DNA from: Alphaproteobacteria bacterium | GTDB taxonomy: Bacteria; Pseudomonadota; Alphaproteobacteria; UBA9219; RGZA01 | Assembly: GCA_021732145.1 (NCBI GenBank) | Contig: JAKFVN010000006.1 | Location: forward strand, 2,474-66,473 | Length of the DNA: 64,000 nt | Direction of reading: 5' to 3' | Shown: piece after piece, positions 31,298 to 40,869 of the stretch | How the letters are laid out: each line of letters opens with the position of its first letter | Position numbering within the stretch: the stretch's first letter is position 1 | Translations under genes and position numbers: made by a program | Notes under the pieces: generated by a model | What the model saw: only the letters and a program-made list of their open reading frames with translations | Told to the model about the DNA's origin: nothing | Databases searched by the model: none

Positions 31298-31514
31298 CCA
31301 GTACTTATTAAGTAAATCAAATGGCTTTCAAACTATTTCACGATATGTTCATGCAAAAATTGTCATTTTAAATCAAAGGGTATTTCTTAAAGTTTGAAAC
31401 CTCCCCACTGGTAGGCGCTAATACTTATGGCGATTCATAGCTATTTAGACCAAATCACCATTTGATATTAATTTATTGTTAGGCTAATTTTAGCATAATC
31501 AAGGAGTATGATGC

Positions 31515-31895
31515 ATGGCACGCAAAAATCTTCACTGGATAGGCTCTTCAAAGAAAGACTTGAAGAAAGAGAGTGATGACGTGAAAAGACAAGTGGGCTA
31601 TGCGCTATTACTCGCGCAAGAAGGCGATAAGTCAGCGGTAGCATGTCCGTTGACCGGCTTTAAAGGCGCTGGAGTTTTAGAAGTTGTTGTTGACGATGCG
31701 GGGGATACTTATCGTGCGGTTTATACAGTGAAATTTGCTAAAGCGGTTTATGCACTCCACTTCTTTAAAAAGAAGTCCAAGAAAGGCATTAAAACCCCTC
31801 AGCCAGATATTGAATTGATTAAACAAAGACTGAAGGAAGCTGAAAATCACTACACAACTAACTACATCAACAACAAACAGGCGATGGAGGCTTAA
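31515..31895 (+). CDS. type II toxin, RelE/ParE superfamily (HigB/Gp49-like)
   Basis: WIGSSKKDL, GVLEV, YRAVYTVKF..AVY.LH.F.KKSK.GIKTP..DIELIK.RL. Confidence 0.9.
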   Translation: MARKNLHWIGSSKKDLKKESDDVKRQVGYALLLAQEGDKSAVACPLTGFKGAGVLEVVVDDAGDTYRAVYTVKFAKAVYALHFFKKKSKKGIKTPQPDIELIKQRLKEAENHYTTNYINNKQAMEA

Positions 31896-31896
31896 A

Positions 31897-32229
31897 ATGG
31901 CTAGAAAAAGAAAAAACACAGTTAGCGATGCCGTCACCGATGTATTTGCAGACCTCGGCATTCAATTAACTCAAGAAGATTACATAAAGATTGGTTTAGC
32001 CAGAGCTATCAATAATAAGATTGTTGATAAAGGGCTAACGCAACAACAGGCTGCCAAACTCATGAAAATTGATCAGCCAAAAGTATCCGCAATACTAAGA
32101 GGAAAACTAAAAGATTTCTCAACAGATAGATTGATGTCTTTTATTACTAATCTTGGTAGTGATCTTGAGATAAAAATTCATAGACGGCAAAAAGGAATTG
32201 GCACTGTTAAAATAAAAGAATGTGCTTAA
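31897..32229 (+). CDS. XRE-family HTH antitoxin
   Basis: VFADLG, LTQQQAAKLMKIDQPKVSAIL.GKL..FS.DRL..F...LG.D.EI; toxin-first order. Confidence 0.9.
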   Translation: MARKRKNTVSDAVTDVFADLGIQLTQEDYIKIGLARAINNKIVDKGLTQQQAAKLMKIDQPKVSAILRGKLKDFSTDRLMSFITNLGSDLEIKIHRRQKGIGTVKIKECA

Positions 32230-32239
32230 TACTTAAGGA

Positions 32240-32274
32240 AAAGGGTATAAGCAATTTCATTGCTTATACCCTTT
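32240..32274. terminator. perfect 16-bp hairpin, probable bidirectional terminator
   Basis: AAAGGGTATAAGCAAT-TTC-ATTGCTTATACCCTTT between the TA operon and the convergent tRNA-Arg. Confidence 0.8.
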
Positions 32275-32351
32275 CTAATTAATCGTCTACTTGTGTCTTT
32301 TATAGAAAGTTTGAAGGGTTTTTAAAACACCTTCTAACTCATTGAAAAGAA

Positions 32352-32428
32352 TGGCGACCCCGATACGATTTGAACGTACGACCTATTGCTTAGAAGGCAA
32401 TTGCTCTATCCAGCTGAGCTACGGGGTC
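32352..32428 (-). tRNA. tRNA-Arg (TCT)
   Basis: GACCCCGTAGCTCAGCTGGATAGAGCAATTGC-CTTCTAA-GCAATAGGTCGTACGTTCAAATCGTATCGGGGTCGCCA cloverleaf with CCA. Confidence 0.96.
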
Positions 32429-32562
32429 ATTAGTGAAACACGCGTGTTTAGACAATTATGGCGTAGCATAAAGTCAAAGCGTTAAAAAGTGTTGAGTTAG
32501 GAAAATACCGCCATTTACCTGCGCCGTTTCGGCACGTTAATCTATTTGCCTTCGGCAAAGAG

Positions 32563-32874
32563 TTACTCGTCCTGCGGGCGGGTTGTCTTGAAATTATCAA
32601 GGTAGTTCTTGGGCGTGATTACACGCACCGCTGGTTCAGCAACCGAATATTCCCAACCCTGTTTTTCTGCAAAAGCAATGGCCTGCGCGCGGTCGTTAAA
32701 CTGCATTCTGTATTTAAGTTCGCCCATCGTGTCGCCCGCACTAACCCAGCCCATGATGGGTTCAGGTGTGCGCGCGGTTAGCAAGTCAGGCTCGATGCTC
32801 CATTCGCCGGATTTACCGCGACCGGATTGCATGGTGCTTTTTGCTGCTTGGAAAATACGAACGCGAAGGGTCAT
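32563..32874 (-). CDS. ETC complex I subunit (NDUFS4-like)
   Basis: RIFQAAKSTMQSG, EPIMGWVS.GD, F.....AIAFAEKQG..Y.V, Y.DNF; start corrected to avoid tRNA-Pro. Confidence 0.9.
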   Translation of the reverse strand: MTLRVRIFQAAKSTMQSGRGKSGEWSIEPDLLTARTPEPIMGWVSAGDTMGELKYRMQFNDRAQAIAFAEKQGWEYSVAEPAVRVITPKNYLDNFKTTRPQDE

Positions 32875-32896
32875 ACGTGAGATGATACTGGATAAA

Positions 32897-32974
32897 TGGT
32901 CGGGGCGCACGGATTCGAACCGTGGGCCTCTAGTACCCAAAACTAGCGCTCTAGCCAGGCTGAGCTACGCCCCG
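32897..32974 (-). tRNA. tRNA-Pro (TGG)
   Basis: CGGGGCGTAGCTCAGCCTGGCTAGAGCGCTAGT-TTTGGGT-ACTAG...GGTTCGAATCCGTGCGCCCCGACCA. Confidence 0.96.
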
Positions 32975-33033
32975 AAGTATTTAGAAGTAGGTTTTGTAGG
33001 CGTTTAAGCGGGTTTATTCAATAGCAAAATTAG

Positions 33034-33546
33034 CTACTTATCCGTATTGCCAAAATAGCTGTTATATACGGTATCGCCGAGTTTTATGCCCCTTGCCGCC
33101 ACCTGCCCACCCTTGATTTCAAGGGTCGCGCGAACCGGAAAATGGGACGAAATCACCCTTTCATCAAAGGGCTTGGTGTTCTCTGCAATCCAGACAATTT
33201 TGCCCTTATTATCGATAAACAGCATATCGAGCGGGATAAGGGTGTTCTTCATCCACATCGTTGTTTCCTGAACACTGGTATAGACAAACAACATCCCATA
33301 ATCATCGGCAATTTCTTCACGATTCATCAGCCCTTTTTGTTGTTCAGGTACCGTCAGCGCAAGCTCGATGTTGAAGACGTGCTGTTTCTTGTCGCCCGTA
33401 ACAATCATCAGCTGGTCGGATTTAAGGCTGCTGGCTTCCATCGCTTCATGGACACCCTTCCCCGATACGAATAAGCCATTGAAAATAACCGCTGTGCTAA
33501 GGGCGATGAGCAGATAGGCAACCCATTTAAGAATTTGTTTAGGCAT
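33034..33546 (-). CDS. DUF192 family protein
   Basis: GLMNR, GMLFVY, MWMKNTLIPLDMLFI, TLEI.GG. Confidence 0.92.
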   Translation of the reverse strand: MPKQILKWVAYLLIALSTAVIFNGLFVSGKGVHEAMEASSLKSDQLMIVTGDKKQHVFNIELALTVPEQQKGLMNREEIADDYGMLFVYTSVQETTMWMKNTLIPLDMLFIDNKGKIVWIAENTKPFDERVISSHFPVRATLEIKGGQVAARGIKLGDTVYNSYFGNTDK

Positions 33547-33658
33547 TTCGCGCTCAATACTGGGGGTAAACAGGATGCGCCTATTATGCCCCGATTGCTT
33601 TTGGGCATTCAAGGCAGCAAAATGGTTTCAGAATCAGGCCAGTAAAAAACGGGTACCC

Positions 33659-34441
33659 ATGCGGGCATATCATCGGTTTTCAGCGTTGCTGCTTTTCATG
33701 CTTGGCATAAGCATGAACACGCCCATGCAAGCACACGCGCAAGACATGTTTGTTCGCCCCAATAACCAGGCCGCACATCCCGTTGATTTGGGAATTGCCG
33801 TAAAGCCTGCTCCCGCCCAGCCAGCGACTACGCAAAAAGCGACACCGCCTTCACAGCAGCAACCTGCCCCCCAACAGGCCGGGCAACGCCCAGCACCATC
33901 CTCTGTTCAGCAAGCACAGCCCGCACCGCAACCTGCTCCCGTGCAACAGCAACCAAATTTTGTACCGCCACAACCCGATGGCACACTTCAAGTTGTTACC
34001 GTTAATCAACCCCCAGTCGTTATTCCGCCAGGAAGCGGTGCAAACACATTCAGTGTTGGATTACAACCCGCAGCGATTGGCCAGATGGAAGTAAATGCTC
34101 TGTATAAACAGCTTGGCTTAAGCCCGCAGGAAATTGTCGCGAACTGCACATTTGAAAACATGGTTGTGCTCGCCATGGGCGAACGCAATGGCTCTGCGCT
34201 AAACATGGGCCGCACGACATCTGCGCAGCAACGCTTTAGTATGCCATTGACGGAAGTAAACGTGCTTCCAACGCTGGCATGCAAAAAAATCAAGCCGCCA
34301 GTTAGTGGCACGGTGATTGACCAAGGTGGATTTTATAAAATCAGCGCAGGGAGCGTAAGCTGCCCGCCAACGCATGGCGGATCCATTGCTCTGAGCTTCA
34401 AGTATCTGGGTAATGGCAAAGGTGAGTGCAGCTATCAATAA
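33659..34441 (+). CDS. hypothetical exported protein with Pro/Gln-rich linker
   Basis: Signal peptide ending AHA/Q; P/Q-rich tract; four Cys in the C-terminal domain. Confidence 0.7.
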   Translation: MRAYHRFSALLLFMLGISMNTPMQAHAQDMFVRPNNQAAHPVDLGIAVKPAPAQPATTQKATPPSQQQPAPQQAGQRPAPSSVQQAQPAPQPAPVQQQPNFVPPQPDGTLQVVTVNQPPVVIPPGSGANTFSVGLQPAAIGQMEVNALYKQLGLSPQEIVANCTFENMVVLAMGERNGSALNMGRTTSAQQRFSMPLTEVNVLPTLACKKIKPPVSGTVIDQGGFYKISAGSVSCPPTHGGSIALSFKYLGNGKGECSYQ

Positions 34442-34448
34442 ATGATGC

Positions 34449-35453
34449 CTAGTTCCGGCGGCGATGCTTTGTTGCGGGCGCGGGCTGCGCTGCTGGTGCT
34501 TGCTGAACAACAGGTTGCTGAACAAGGGGTTGCTGCGCAACAGGCGGCGCGGCAAGCGGTGCAACGGGCGCAGATGGCGCGGCAGGCTGAAGCGCTGGCG
34601 CGGTTTGCTCCAAGCCCGCCATGAACGCGAAGATATTCCTTACAATATCGGGCGAAGAATAAATTTCCATATGCCCCGCCTTGATGTTCGTCAGCATGCT
34701 TTTGGGTGGCGGCGTTGCTTCGAATAACTTCTTGGCAAAGATGGGCGGAATAACCTTGTCTTGCCCTGCCTGCAAAATCAGCACGGGCGCTTTGATATTC
34801 TTCATCTTGGCTACCGATTCATATCTGTCCCACAGCATCCAGAAAATCGGCACGAATGGATAGCGATAGGCCCCCACTTCCGGAATGGATGTATAGGGAA
34901 CTTCCAGAACAACGCCGGCTGGCGGGGCAACACCGCCCATTTCAGCGGCCATTTCAACGGCAACGCCAGTGCCAAGGGATTCCCCGTAAAGAATCATATT
35001 GCTGATGGGAACGCCCTTTTGGCGGATGGCATCAATCGCGCTGCGCGCATCTTGATATAATCCGGTTTCACTTGGGCTACCTTCATTTTTTTCAAAGCCG
35101 CGATAGGTTGCCAGCATCACGCCGTAACCCTGGTCGCGCCACATCTTGATTTTCTCAACACGCACGCCCAGGTTTTGCGCATTGCCCTGGAAAAAGACGA
35201 TGGTTAAACGGCGCGGCGATTTTGGCGGCGCAAAAAAACCATGAAGCTTCACGCCATCTGCGGCGACATAATTGAGTTCTGTGAATCCTTCCAAATGCGC
35301 CTGAGCAGGCGAGAAGCGTATATCATCGGGGAAATACATCAACTGGCGCTGAACCAGCACCAAAAAGGCCAAAAACACGACATAAATGGCAAATATGGTG
35401 CCGAAAATACCCACAAGGCGTCTTAAATAGTTCGGTTCGAGGGTTGAACGCAT
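34449..35453 (-). CDS. alpha/beta hydrolase (ABHD13/YhfR-like)
   Basis: QR.LMYFP, YRGF...G.PSE.GLY.DA, GESLG nucleophile elbow, D.VIP, AGH. Confidence 0.9.
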   Translation of the reverse strand: MRSTLEPNYLRRLVGIFGTIFAIYVVFLAFLVLVQRQLMYFPDDIRFSPAQAHLEGFTELNYVAADGVKLHGFFAPPKSPRRLTIVFFQGNAQNLGVRVEKIKMWRDQGYGVMLATYRGFEKNEGSPSETGLYQDARSAIDAIRQKGVPISNMILYGESLGTGVAVEMAAEMGGVAPPAGVVLEVPYTSIPEVGAYRYPFVPIFWMLWDRYESVAKMKNIKAPVLILQAGQDKVIPPIFAKKLFEATPPPKSMLTNIKAGHMEIYSSPDIVRNIFAFMAGLEQTAPALQPAAPSAPVAPLAAPPVAQQPLVQQPVVQQAPAAQPAPATKHRRRN

Positions 35454-35555
35454 AAAAATCCTTTTCTTTGCTTGACGCGGAGTATGAGGGGAGCTTACTA
35501 GGGAACGGATAAATGTAAATGCCCCACTTTAATTTTTGCCTTAATAATTGAGTAA

Positions 35556-36302
35556 ATGCAGTATCACCCACGACCATTTGTAACCAAGCGTAAAGACCCC
35601 ATTCGCAGGTGGTTTGCGCGTCTGAGTCATGAGTTTAAAAGCGCCAGAGGCCCCATGGAAACCCAGGGGCAGCGCGCATTGGCGGTTGTGGAATCCCTAT
35701 TCATCGACCATACGATTGTCAGCATGCTTAACCCCAACCGCCATCGCGTGACGGATGGATTGTGGCGGTCAAGCCAGCCTACGCCATCGCAAATTGCGGC
35801 ATTGGCAAAGGAAGGCATTCGCACGATTGTGAATCTGCGCGGCGAGCGCGACTGCGCATCCTATTATCTGGAAGCCGAAGCATGCCGCGAAAACGGCGTG
35901 GAGCTGATTAATTTCCCGGTGAATTCCCGCCAGCCGCCCAAGCGCGAAGTGCTGGAACAGTTGGAAGCATTATTTGCGCGCGTTAAAAAACCGGCATTGA
36001 TGCATTGCAAGGCTGGCGCTGACCGCGTGGGCATCATGAGCGCGCTGTATCTATTAATTCATGACAAAGTGCCAGTTGAAAAAGCGCTGCAGCAGCTTTC
36101 ATTTAAATATGGTCACGTGAAACAATCGAAAGCTGGTGTGCTGGATAAATTCTTTGAAACCTACCGTGATTTCAACGCCAAAACTCCCATGCCCTTTATG
36201 GAATGGGCAATGAACCATTATGACCGTGACAGCGTTATCGCATCCCATAAAATCGCGGGTTGGGCTGAATGGCTGTATAATGATTTCTTGAAGCGGGAAT
36301 AG
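35556..36302 (+). CDS. dual-specificity/tyrosine phosphatase family protein
   Basis: RSSQP, VNLRG, HCKAGADR (CX5R) signature. Confidence 0.9.
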   Translation: MQYHPRPFVTKRKDPIRRWFARLSHEFKSARGPMETQGQRALAVVESLFIDHTIVSMLNPNRHRVTDGLWRSSQPTPSQIAALAKEGIRTIVNLRGERDCASYYLEAEACRENGVELINFPVNSRQPPKREVLEQLEALFARVKKPALMHCKAGADRVGIMSALYLLIHDKVPVEKALQQLSFKYGHVKQSKAGVLDKFFETYRDFNAKTPMPFMEWAMNHYDRDSVIASHKIAGWAEWLYNDFLKRE

Positions 36303-36321
36303 ATAGCATCCAATTATAACA

Positions 36322-36349
36322 CCTCATGCCGACGAAAGTCGGCATCCAT
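36322..36349 (+). repeat. 28-bp palindrome, left end of GIY-YIG cassette
   Basis: CCTCATGCCGAC-GAAA-GTCGGCATCCAT. Confidence 0.88.
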
Positions 36350-36350
36350 G

Positions 36351-36641
36351 TTAGTTATTTAGACAATCATAGAGATCATTCCATTCTGGGTTATCTTTTT
36401 CAATTAAATCAATTTTCCATTGCCGCTTCCATTCTTTCATTTGCTTTTCACGTTGAATTGCAAATAACAATTCTGCAAATTCTTCATAGTACACCAAGCA
36501 ATGAACCGCGTATTTTTTTGTAAACCCTTCGATAATATTGTTTTTATGTTCAAGCATTCGGCGGTAAAGATTTTTAGTAACACCAATGTAAAGGGTACCA
36601 TTTTTCTTGCTTGCCAAAATGTAAACAAAGCTTCGAGGCAT
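36351..36641 (-). CDS. stand-alone GIY-YIG nuclease
   Basis: VYILAS..NGTLYIGVT.NL.RR..EH, AIQREKQ.K.W.R.WKI.LIE..NP.W.DL. Confidence 0.93.
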   Translation of the reverse strand: MPRSFVYILASKKNGTLYIGVTKNLYRRMLEHKNNIIEGFTKKYAVHCLVYYEEFAELLFAIQREKQMKEWKRQWKIDLIEKDNPEWNDLYDCLNN

Positions 36642-36657
36642 GTTTCACAACAATCAA

Positions 36658-36685
36658 ATGGATACCGGCTTACGCCGGTATGAGG
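36658..36685 (-). repeat. 28-bp palindrome, right end of GIY-YIG cassette
   Basis: Reverse complement CCTCATACCGGC-GTAA-GCCGGTATCCAT; 23/28 identical to the left copy. Confidence 0.88.
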
Positions 36686-36691
36686 AAAAGG

Positions 36692-38467
36692 CTAAGCTTT
36701 AAACTGCAAACGATAGAGTTCGGCGTAGGCGCCATTCTTGGCGAGCAATTCGTCATGCTTGCCCTGTTCAATCACTTGGCCTTTATCAATCACATAAATC
36801 ACATCGGCCTGACGCACGGTTGATAAACGGTGCGCGATGATGAATGTGGTGCGGCCTTGCGCCAAACGTTTAATCGCGTGCTGCACCATTTCTTCCGATG
36901 CTGCATCAAGCGCTGACGTTGCTTCATCCAGCAACAAAATGGGGCTATTGCGCAGGAATGCACGCGCCAGCACCAAGCGTTGTTTTTGTCCGCCGGATAA
37001 TGAACTGCCCTGCTCCCCCACTACGCTGTCGTAACCCGCAGGTAGTTTGGCGATGAATTCATGCGCTTCGGCTGCGCGCGCGGCATCCTGAATATCTTCA
37101 ATGGTTGCGCCCCCCGTTTTACTATTTGGGCGGCCATAGCCGATATTGGCGGCTGCGCTTTCGTTAAACACAATTACATCCTGACTAACCAGCGTTACGG
37201 CATCGCGCAGGCTTGGAATAGTCACATCGCGCACATCCTGCCCATCAATCAACACCTGCCCGCCCTGCACATCATATAGGCGCGTGAGCATATTAAAGAT
37301 TGTGGATTTACCGCCGCCGCTCCGGCCAACCAATGCAACGGTTTGGCCTGCTTCAGCAACCAAATTCAAATTTTGCAATACGGGGCGTTCAGGTTTGTAG
37401 GCAAACACAACTGATTTCAATTCAACACGCCCTTGCTTTACATCCAGCGGCATGGCGCTTGGGCGTTCGGTAATTTGCGGATGTTCATCCATGATTTCAA
37501 ATACGCGCTGCGCGGCAGCCAGCCCTTCCTGCATCACGGCATTCAGATTTCCAAGGGAACGTACAGGCTGTGCAGCCATCAGTAATGCTGTTACAAAGCC
37601 AGTAAAATCACCAACGGTTCCTGTGCCCGATGCAACGCGCCATGTACCAAATGCAAGTACGCCCGCCACAGCAAAACCACTGGCAACCTCCAATAAAGGG
37701 TCAACGCGGGCACGAAGGCGCGATGCTTTAATAAGCGCGGTATATAGCGTTTTAAACGCACCATCGGCGCGCTGTTCTTCATCGCGTTCCAAGCGGTAGG
37801 ACTTAATCATCCGCACGCCCAAAAAGCTTTGCTGCAGGAATGCGGTTAAATCACCAATCCCTGCCTGCAATGAACTGGCGGTTTTGCGAATGCGTTTTCC
37901 GATTTGAATAATCGGGTAACCCATGACCGGATAAACGACGAGCACGATAACCGTGAGCAGCGGGTCGATATATAAAATGGTGCCAAGCAGTGCGACTACC
38001 GTCAGCCCGTCGCGCACAATGCCTGTCAGGCAGCGGTTGATGGCCATGCGCAACGCTTCCACATCGGCCGTAAAGCGTGAAGTCAGTGTGCCCGCCGCAT
38101 CACGCTGCAAACGTGCAAGGTCGGAACCCAGCAAATGGCGGTACAGCGCATTTTGAATATCCAGCACAATCTGGTTCACCATTGTGCTGGTCGAAATCGC
38201 CTGAAAGTACAACGTCGCGGCGCGGCATGTGGTTACCGCAATAATCAGAATGGGTATCAGGTAGATGGTCTTGGTGTCTTTTTGGTCAATCAGCTTGAAC
38301 GTCCACTGAATAACCAGCGGGTAAGCCGTAGTCATTACGGCAGCGAGCACCATCAGCAGGAATACACCGATGATTTGGGTGCGGTATGGTTTTATCCAGA
38401 GATGCCACAGGCGGGAAACAAGCGTGGCGGTACGGTTATCAATAGGCTGTAGCACAGGTTTAAGCAT
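36692..38467 (-). CDS. ABC exporter, fused permease/ATPase (MsbA-like)
   Basis: N-terminal TM domain, GRSGGGKST, LSGGQKQR, LLLDEATSALD, IAHRLST. Confidence 0.93.
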   Translation of the reverse strand: MLKPVLQPIDNRTATLVSRLWHLWIKPYRTQIIGVFLLMVLAAVMTTAYPLVIQWTFKLIDQKDTKTIYLIPILIIAVTTCRAATLYFQAISTSTMVNQIVLDIQNALYRHLLGSDLARLQRDAAGTLTSRFTADVEALRMAINRCLTGIVRDGLTVVALLGTILYIDPLLTVIVLVVYPVMGYPIIQIGKRIRKTASSLQAGIGDLTAFLQQSFLGVRMIKSYRLERDEEQRADGAFKTLYTALIKASRLRARVDPLLEVASGFAVAGVLAFGTWRVASGTGTVGDFTGFVTALLMAAQPVRSLGNLNAVMQEGLAAAQRVFEIMDEHPQITERPSAMPLDVKQGRVELKSVVFAYKPERPVLQNLNLVAEAGQTVALVGRSGGGKSTIFNMLTRLYDVQGGQVLIDGQDVRDVTIPSLRDAVTLVSQDVIVFNESAAANIGYGRPNSKTGGATIEDIQDAARAAEAHEFIAKLPAGYDSVVGEQGSSLSGGQKQRLVLARAFLRNSPILLLDEATSALDAASEEMVQHAIKRLAQGRTTFIIAHRLSTVRQADVIYVIDKGQVIEQGKHDELLAKNGAYAELYRLQFKA

Positions 38468-38646
38468 GGGGGGCTTTATAGCAGGGTTTGCGCCGCAAAA
38501 TGTGACTTATGTTGCACAACAGCAAAAAAAATGAGCAATGGCAATGCAGTTTCAATGGCTATCAGCCCTTTGGCGGCAATAAAGTCTTTAGAACTAGTCC
38601 TCTATAATGCCCTTAGCAAGCAACCCCTACCCCTGACCAACCACCC

Positions 38647-39651
38647 ATGAACGAACGCACCGCAAACCCTTCCCGCCGCAAAATTGGCTTGGCACTTGGC
38701 AGCGGATTGGCACGTGGCTGGGCGCATATCGGCGTTATCCGTGGATTGAAGCGTTTGGGTTTGGAACCAGACATTATCGCCGGCGCATCCATCGGCGCGG
38801 TCGTGGGCGGATTATATCTTGCCAATAAACTGGACGAGTTGGAGCAATGGGCGCTTGGGCTCAATAAGAAAAAAATCATCAACTTTCTGGATTTGCGCAT
38901 TCGCACTGGCGGATTAATTGGCGGCGAAAAAGTAACCGATGAAATTCGCAGCTATGTTGGCGAAACCAAGATTGAAGATTTGGGTCATCCTTTTACCGCG
39001 GTTGCCACTGACCTTGTCACCGGCCATGAAGTCTGGCTGCAAAAAGGAAGCATTGTGGATGCGATGCGCGCATCCTTCGCCATGCCCGGCGTATTCACGC
39101 CTGTCAAAATGCAAGGCCGCTGGTTGCTGGATGGCGCGCTGGTGAACCCTGTGCCTGTGGCGGCGTGCCGCGCGCTGGGCGCCGACATGGTCATCGCCGT
39201 GAACCTCAATTCCGATATTATCGGTAAATCCCGTAAATCCGGCTCATCCATTCCAACGGCGGCTGGCTTTGATTTGCTCAAGATGATTGACCAGACGGGC
39301 GATGAAGGCGCGCCCACGGTGGATAGCCTGTCGCGCCGCGTATTCCGCCGCGAAAGCGATGCGCCAAGCCTGTTTGGCGTGATGGTCGCAACACTGAACA
39401 TCATGCAGGATCGTATTACCCGCTCCCGCATGGCGGGCGAACCGCCTGACGTGATGATTGCACCGCGTTTGGGTAATGTGGGCTTGCTGGAATTTGACCG
39501 CGCCGAAGATGCCATCGCAGAAGGCGAATTAGCCGTTAGCCGTGTGCGCCCTGAAATCGCCGATGCATTATCGGTATTGGCGCAAACGGTGGTTCAGGAA
39601 GATAAGGACATCGATGAAAAAGAAATCGATGAAGACGAACGCGAAGATTAA
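38647..39651 (+). CDS. patatin-like phospholipase (RssA/NTE family)
   Basis: LALGSGLARGWAHIG, GASIG, DGA. Confidence 0.92.
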   Translation: MNERTANPSRRKIGLALGSGLARGWAHIGVIRGLKRLGLEPDIIAGASIGAVVGGLYLANKLDELEQWALGLNKKKIINFLDLRIRTGGLIGGEKVTDEIRSYVGETKIEDLGHPFTAVATDLVTGHEVWLQKGSIVDAMRASFAMPGVFTPVKMQGRWLLDGALVNPVPVAACRALGADMVIAVNLNSDIIGKSRKSGSSIPTAAGFDLLKMIDQTGDEGAPTVDSLSRRVFRRESDAPSLFGVMVATLNIMQDRITRSRMAGEPPDVMIAPRLGNVGLLEFDRAEDAIAEGELAVSRVRPEIADALSVLAQTVVQEDKDIDEKEIDEDERED

Positions 39652-39664
39652 TCCGCGCCTTGAA

Positions 39665-40648
39665 TTACAGCCATTTTTTGAATTTAAAATACACAAACGG
39701 CAAGACAGCGCTCATGACCATGAGGGTTACGGCAGCCGGATAGCCAAAATGCCATTCCAGTTCCGGCATCCATTTAAAGTTCATGCCATAAATGCTGGCC
39801 ACCAGGGTGGGCGGCATCAGTACCACCGACACAACCGAGAACAGCTTGATGATCTGATTTTGCTCAACGTTGATCAAGCCCAGCGTTGCTTCCAGCAGGA
39901 ACCTGACTTTGTCCGACAAATAATCCGCATGCTCGGATAAGTGCGTGCTGTCACGCTCAATGGTGGCAAGACGGGATGCCGCATCCTTATCCAGCGTGAC
40001 GTGATTGGACTGACCATACAGGAACGTCGCCATGCGCGAGAATGACACCAGCCCTTCGCGGATGACCGCCAGCATCTGGCCCAACATGCCGATGTGTTGC
40101 AGCATGTTGCGCCAATTACGCACCGAAAAGCTGTTAAGCGACTTTATTCTCAGCGCGTGGGGTTGCGTGAAAATTGAACGGCCAATCCCATCCAAACGCG
40201 CCGTTTTCTTTTCCAGCAAATCAGCGAATGCGGCGACAAACGCCTCCATCATGCTCAGCAGCAATTCCTGCGCCGTTGGCGCAGATTTACGCAGCAGCCT
40301 GGTTGCAAATGGCGTAATCACGCGCGTAAGCACATAACGCATGGTAACGATATAATCCTTAGCCACAACAAAGGTGATATTCACATTCGAATAATCATCC
40401 TCCGCCTGTTCAACGGGAAAGGATGCGATGGCAAATAACTGCTGGTCTTCACTGTAAAGGCGCGCGGAAACTTCCAGTTCCTGCATTTCCTCGCGCGTGG
40501 GCAAATCAATGCCCAGCAAGCTTTCAATGAACGCTTCGTCTTCCTTGGTGGGGTTCAGAATATCGTACCAGAAAATGCCGGCCGTGCTGGTGGGCTTGGT
40601 TTCAGTGACCGAGATAGCGCCGTTTTGATTGGAGTAGTATTGAATCAT
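39665..40648 (-). CDS. corA: CorA family Mg2+ transporter
   Basis: PTREEM.E.E.S.RLY, N.EQN.IIK.FS, PPTL.ASIYGMNF..MPEL.W; start corrected to ATG 40648. Confidence 0.93.
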   Translation of the reverse strand: MIQYYSNQNGAISVTETKPTSTAGIFWYDILNPTKEDEAFIESLLGIDLPTREEMQELEVSARLYSEDQQLFAIASFPVEQAEDDYSNVNITFVVAKDYIVTMRYVLTRVITPFATRLLRKSAPTAQELLLSMMEAFVAAFADLLEKKTARLDGIGRSIFTQPHALRIKSLNSFSVRNWRNMLQHIGMLGQMLAVIREGLVSFSRMATFLYGQSNHVTLDKDAASRLATIERDSTHLSEHADYLSDKVRFLLEATLGLINVEQNQIIKLFSVVSVVLMPPTLVASIYGMNFKWMPELEWHFGYPAAVTLMVMSAVLPFVYFKFKKWL

Positions 40649-40689
40649 TGGCGTAACACCCGCGCTGGAAACCCATTCCGGACGAAATG

Positions 40690-40869
40690 AGAAATGGTGA
40701 CCCCGATGGGATTTGAACCTCATGCGGAGCATGGATAGGTTATGGGTTCAACACCCGCAACCCCAGAAATGGTGACCCCGATGGGATTTGAACCTCATGC
40801 GGAGCATGGATAGGTTATGGGTTCAACACCCGCAACCCCAGAAATGGTGACCCCGATGGGATTTGAACC
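40690..40869 (-). repeat. 75-bp tandem array (2.4 units) built from the tRNA-Lys 3' end
   Basis: TGGTGACCCCGATGGGATTTGAACC at 40695, 40770 and 40845 with identical 50-bp intervening segments. Confidence 0.93.

Larger units (their letters stand above)
31251..32398. mobile_element. minimal tRNA-Arg-integrated island carrying only a type II TA pair
   Basis: 47-bp direct repeats 1101 bp apart, AT-rich interior, no integrase ORF. Confidence 0.8.

Noticed and set aside
32520-32560. Short hairpins TGCGCC..GGCAC and TTTGCC-TTCG-GCAAA as REP family members
   Set aside because: No GYAG head or TCRCRTAAA tail; more likely local terminator-like structure
32875-32940. Longer start for the ETC complex I subunit ORF
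   Set aside because: Overlaps tRNA-Pro
40649-40732. Longer start for corA
   Set aside because: Extends into the tRNA-derived repeat; MIQYY at 40648 fits the family
40690-40869. CRISPR array
   Set aside because: Intervening segments are identical, the repeat is the tRNA 3' end, and no cas genes are present in the window
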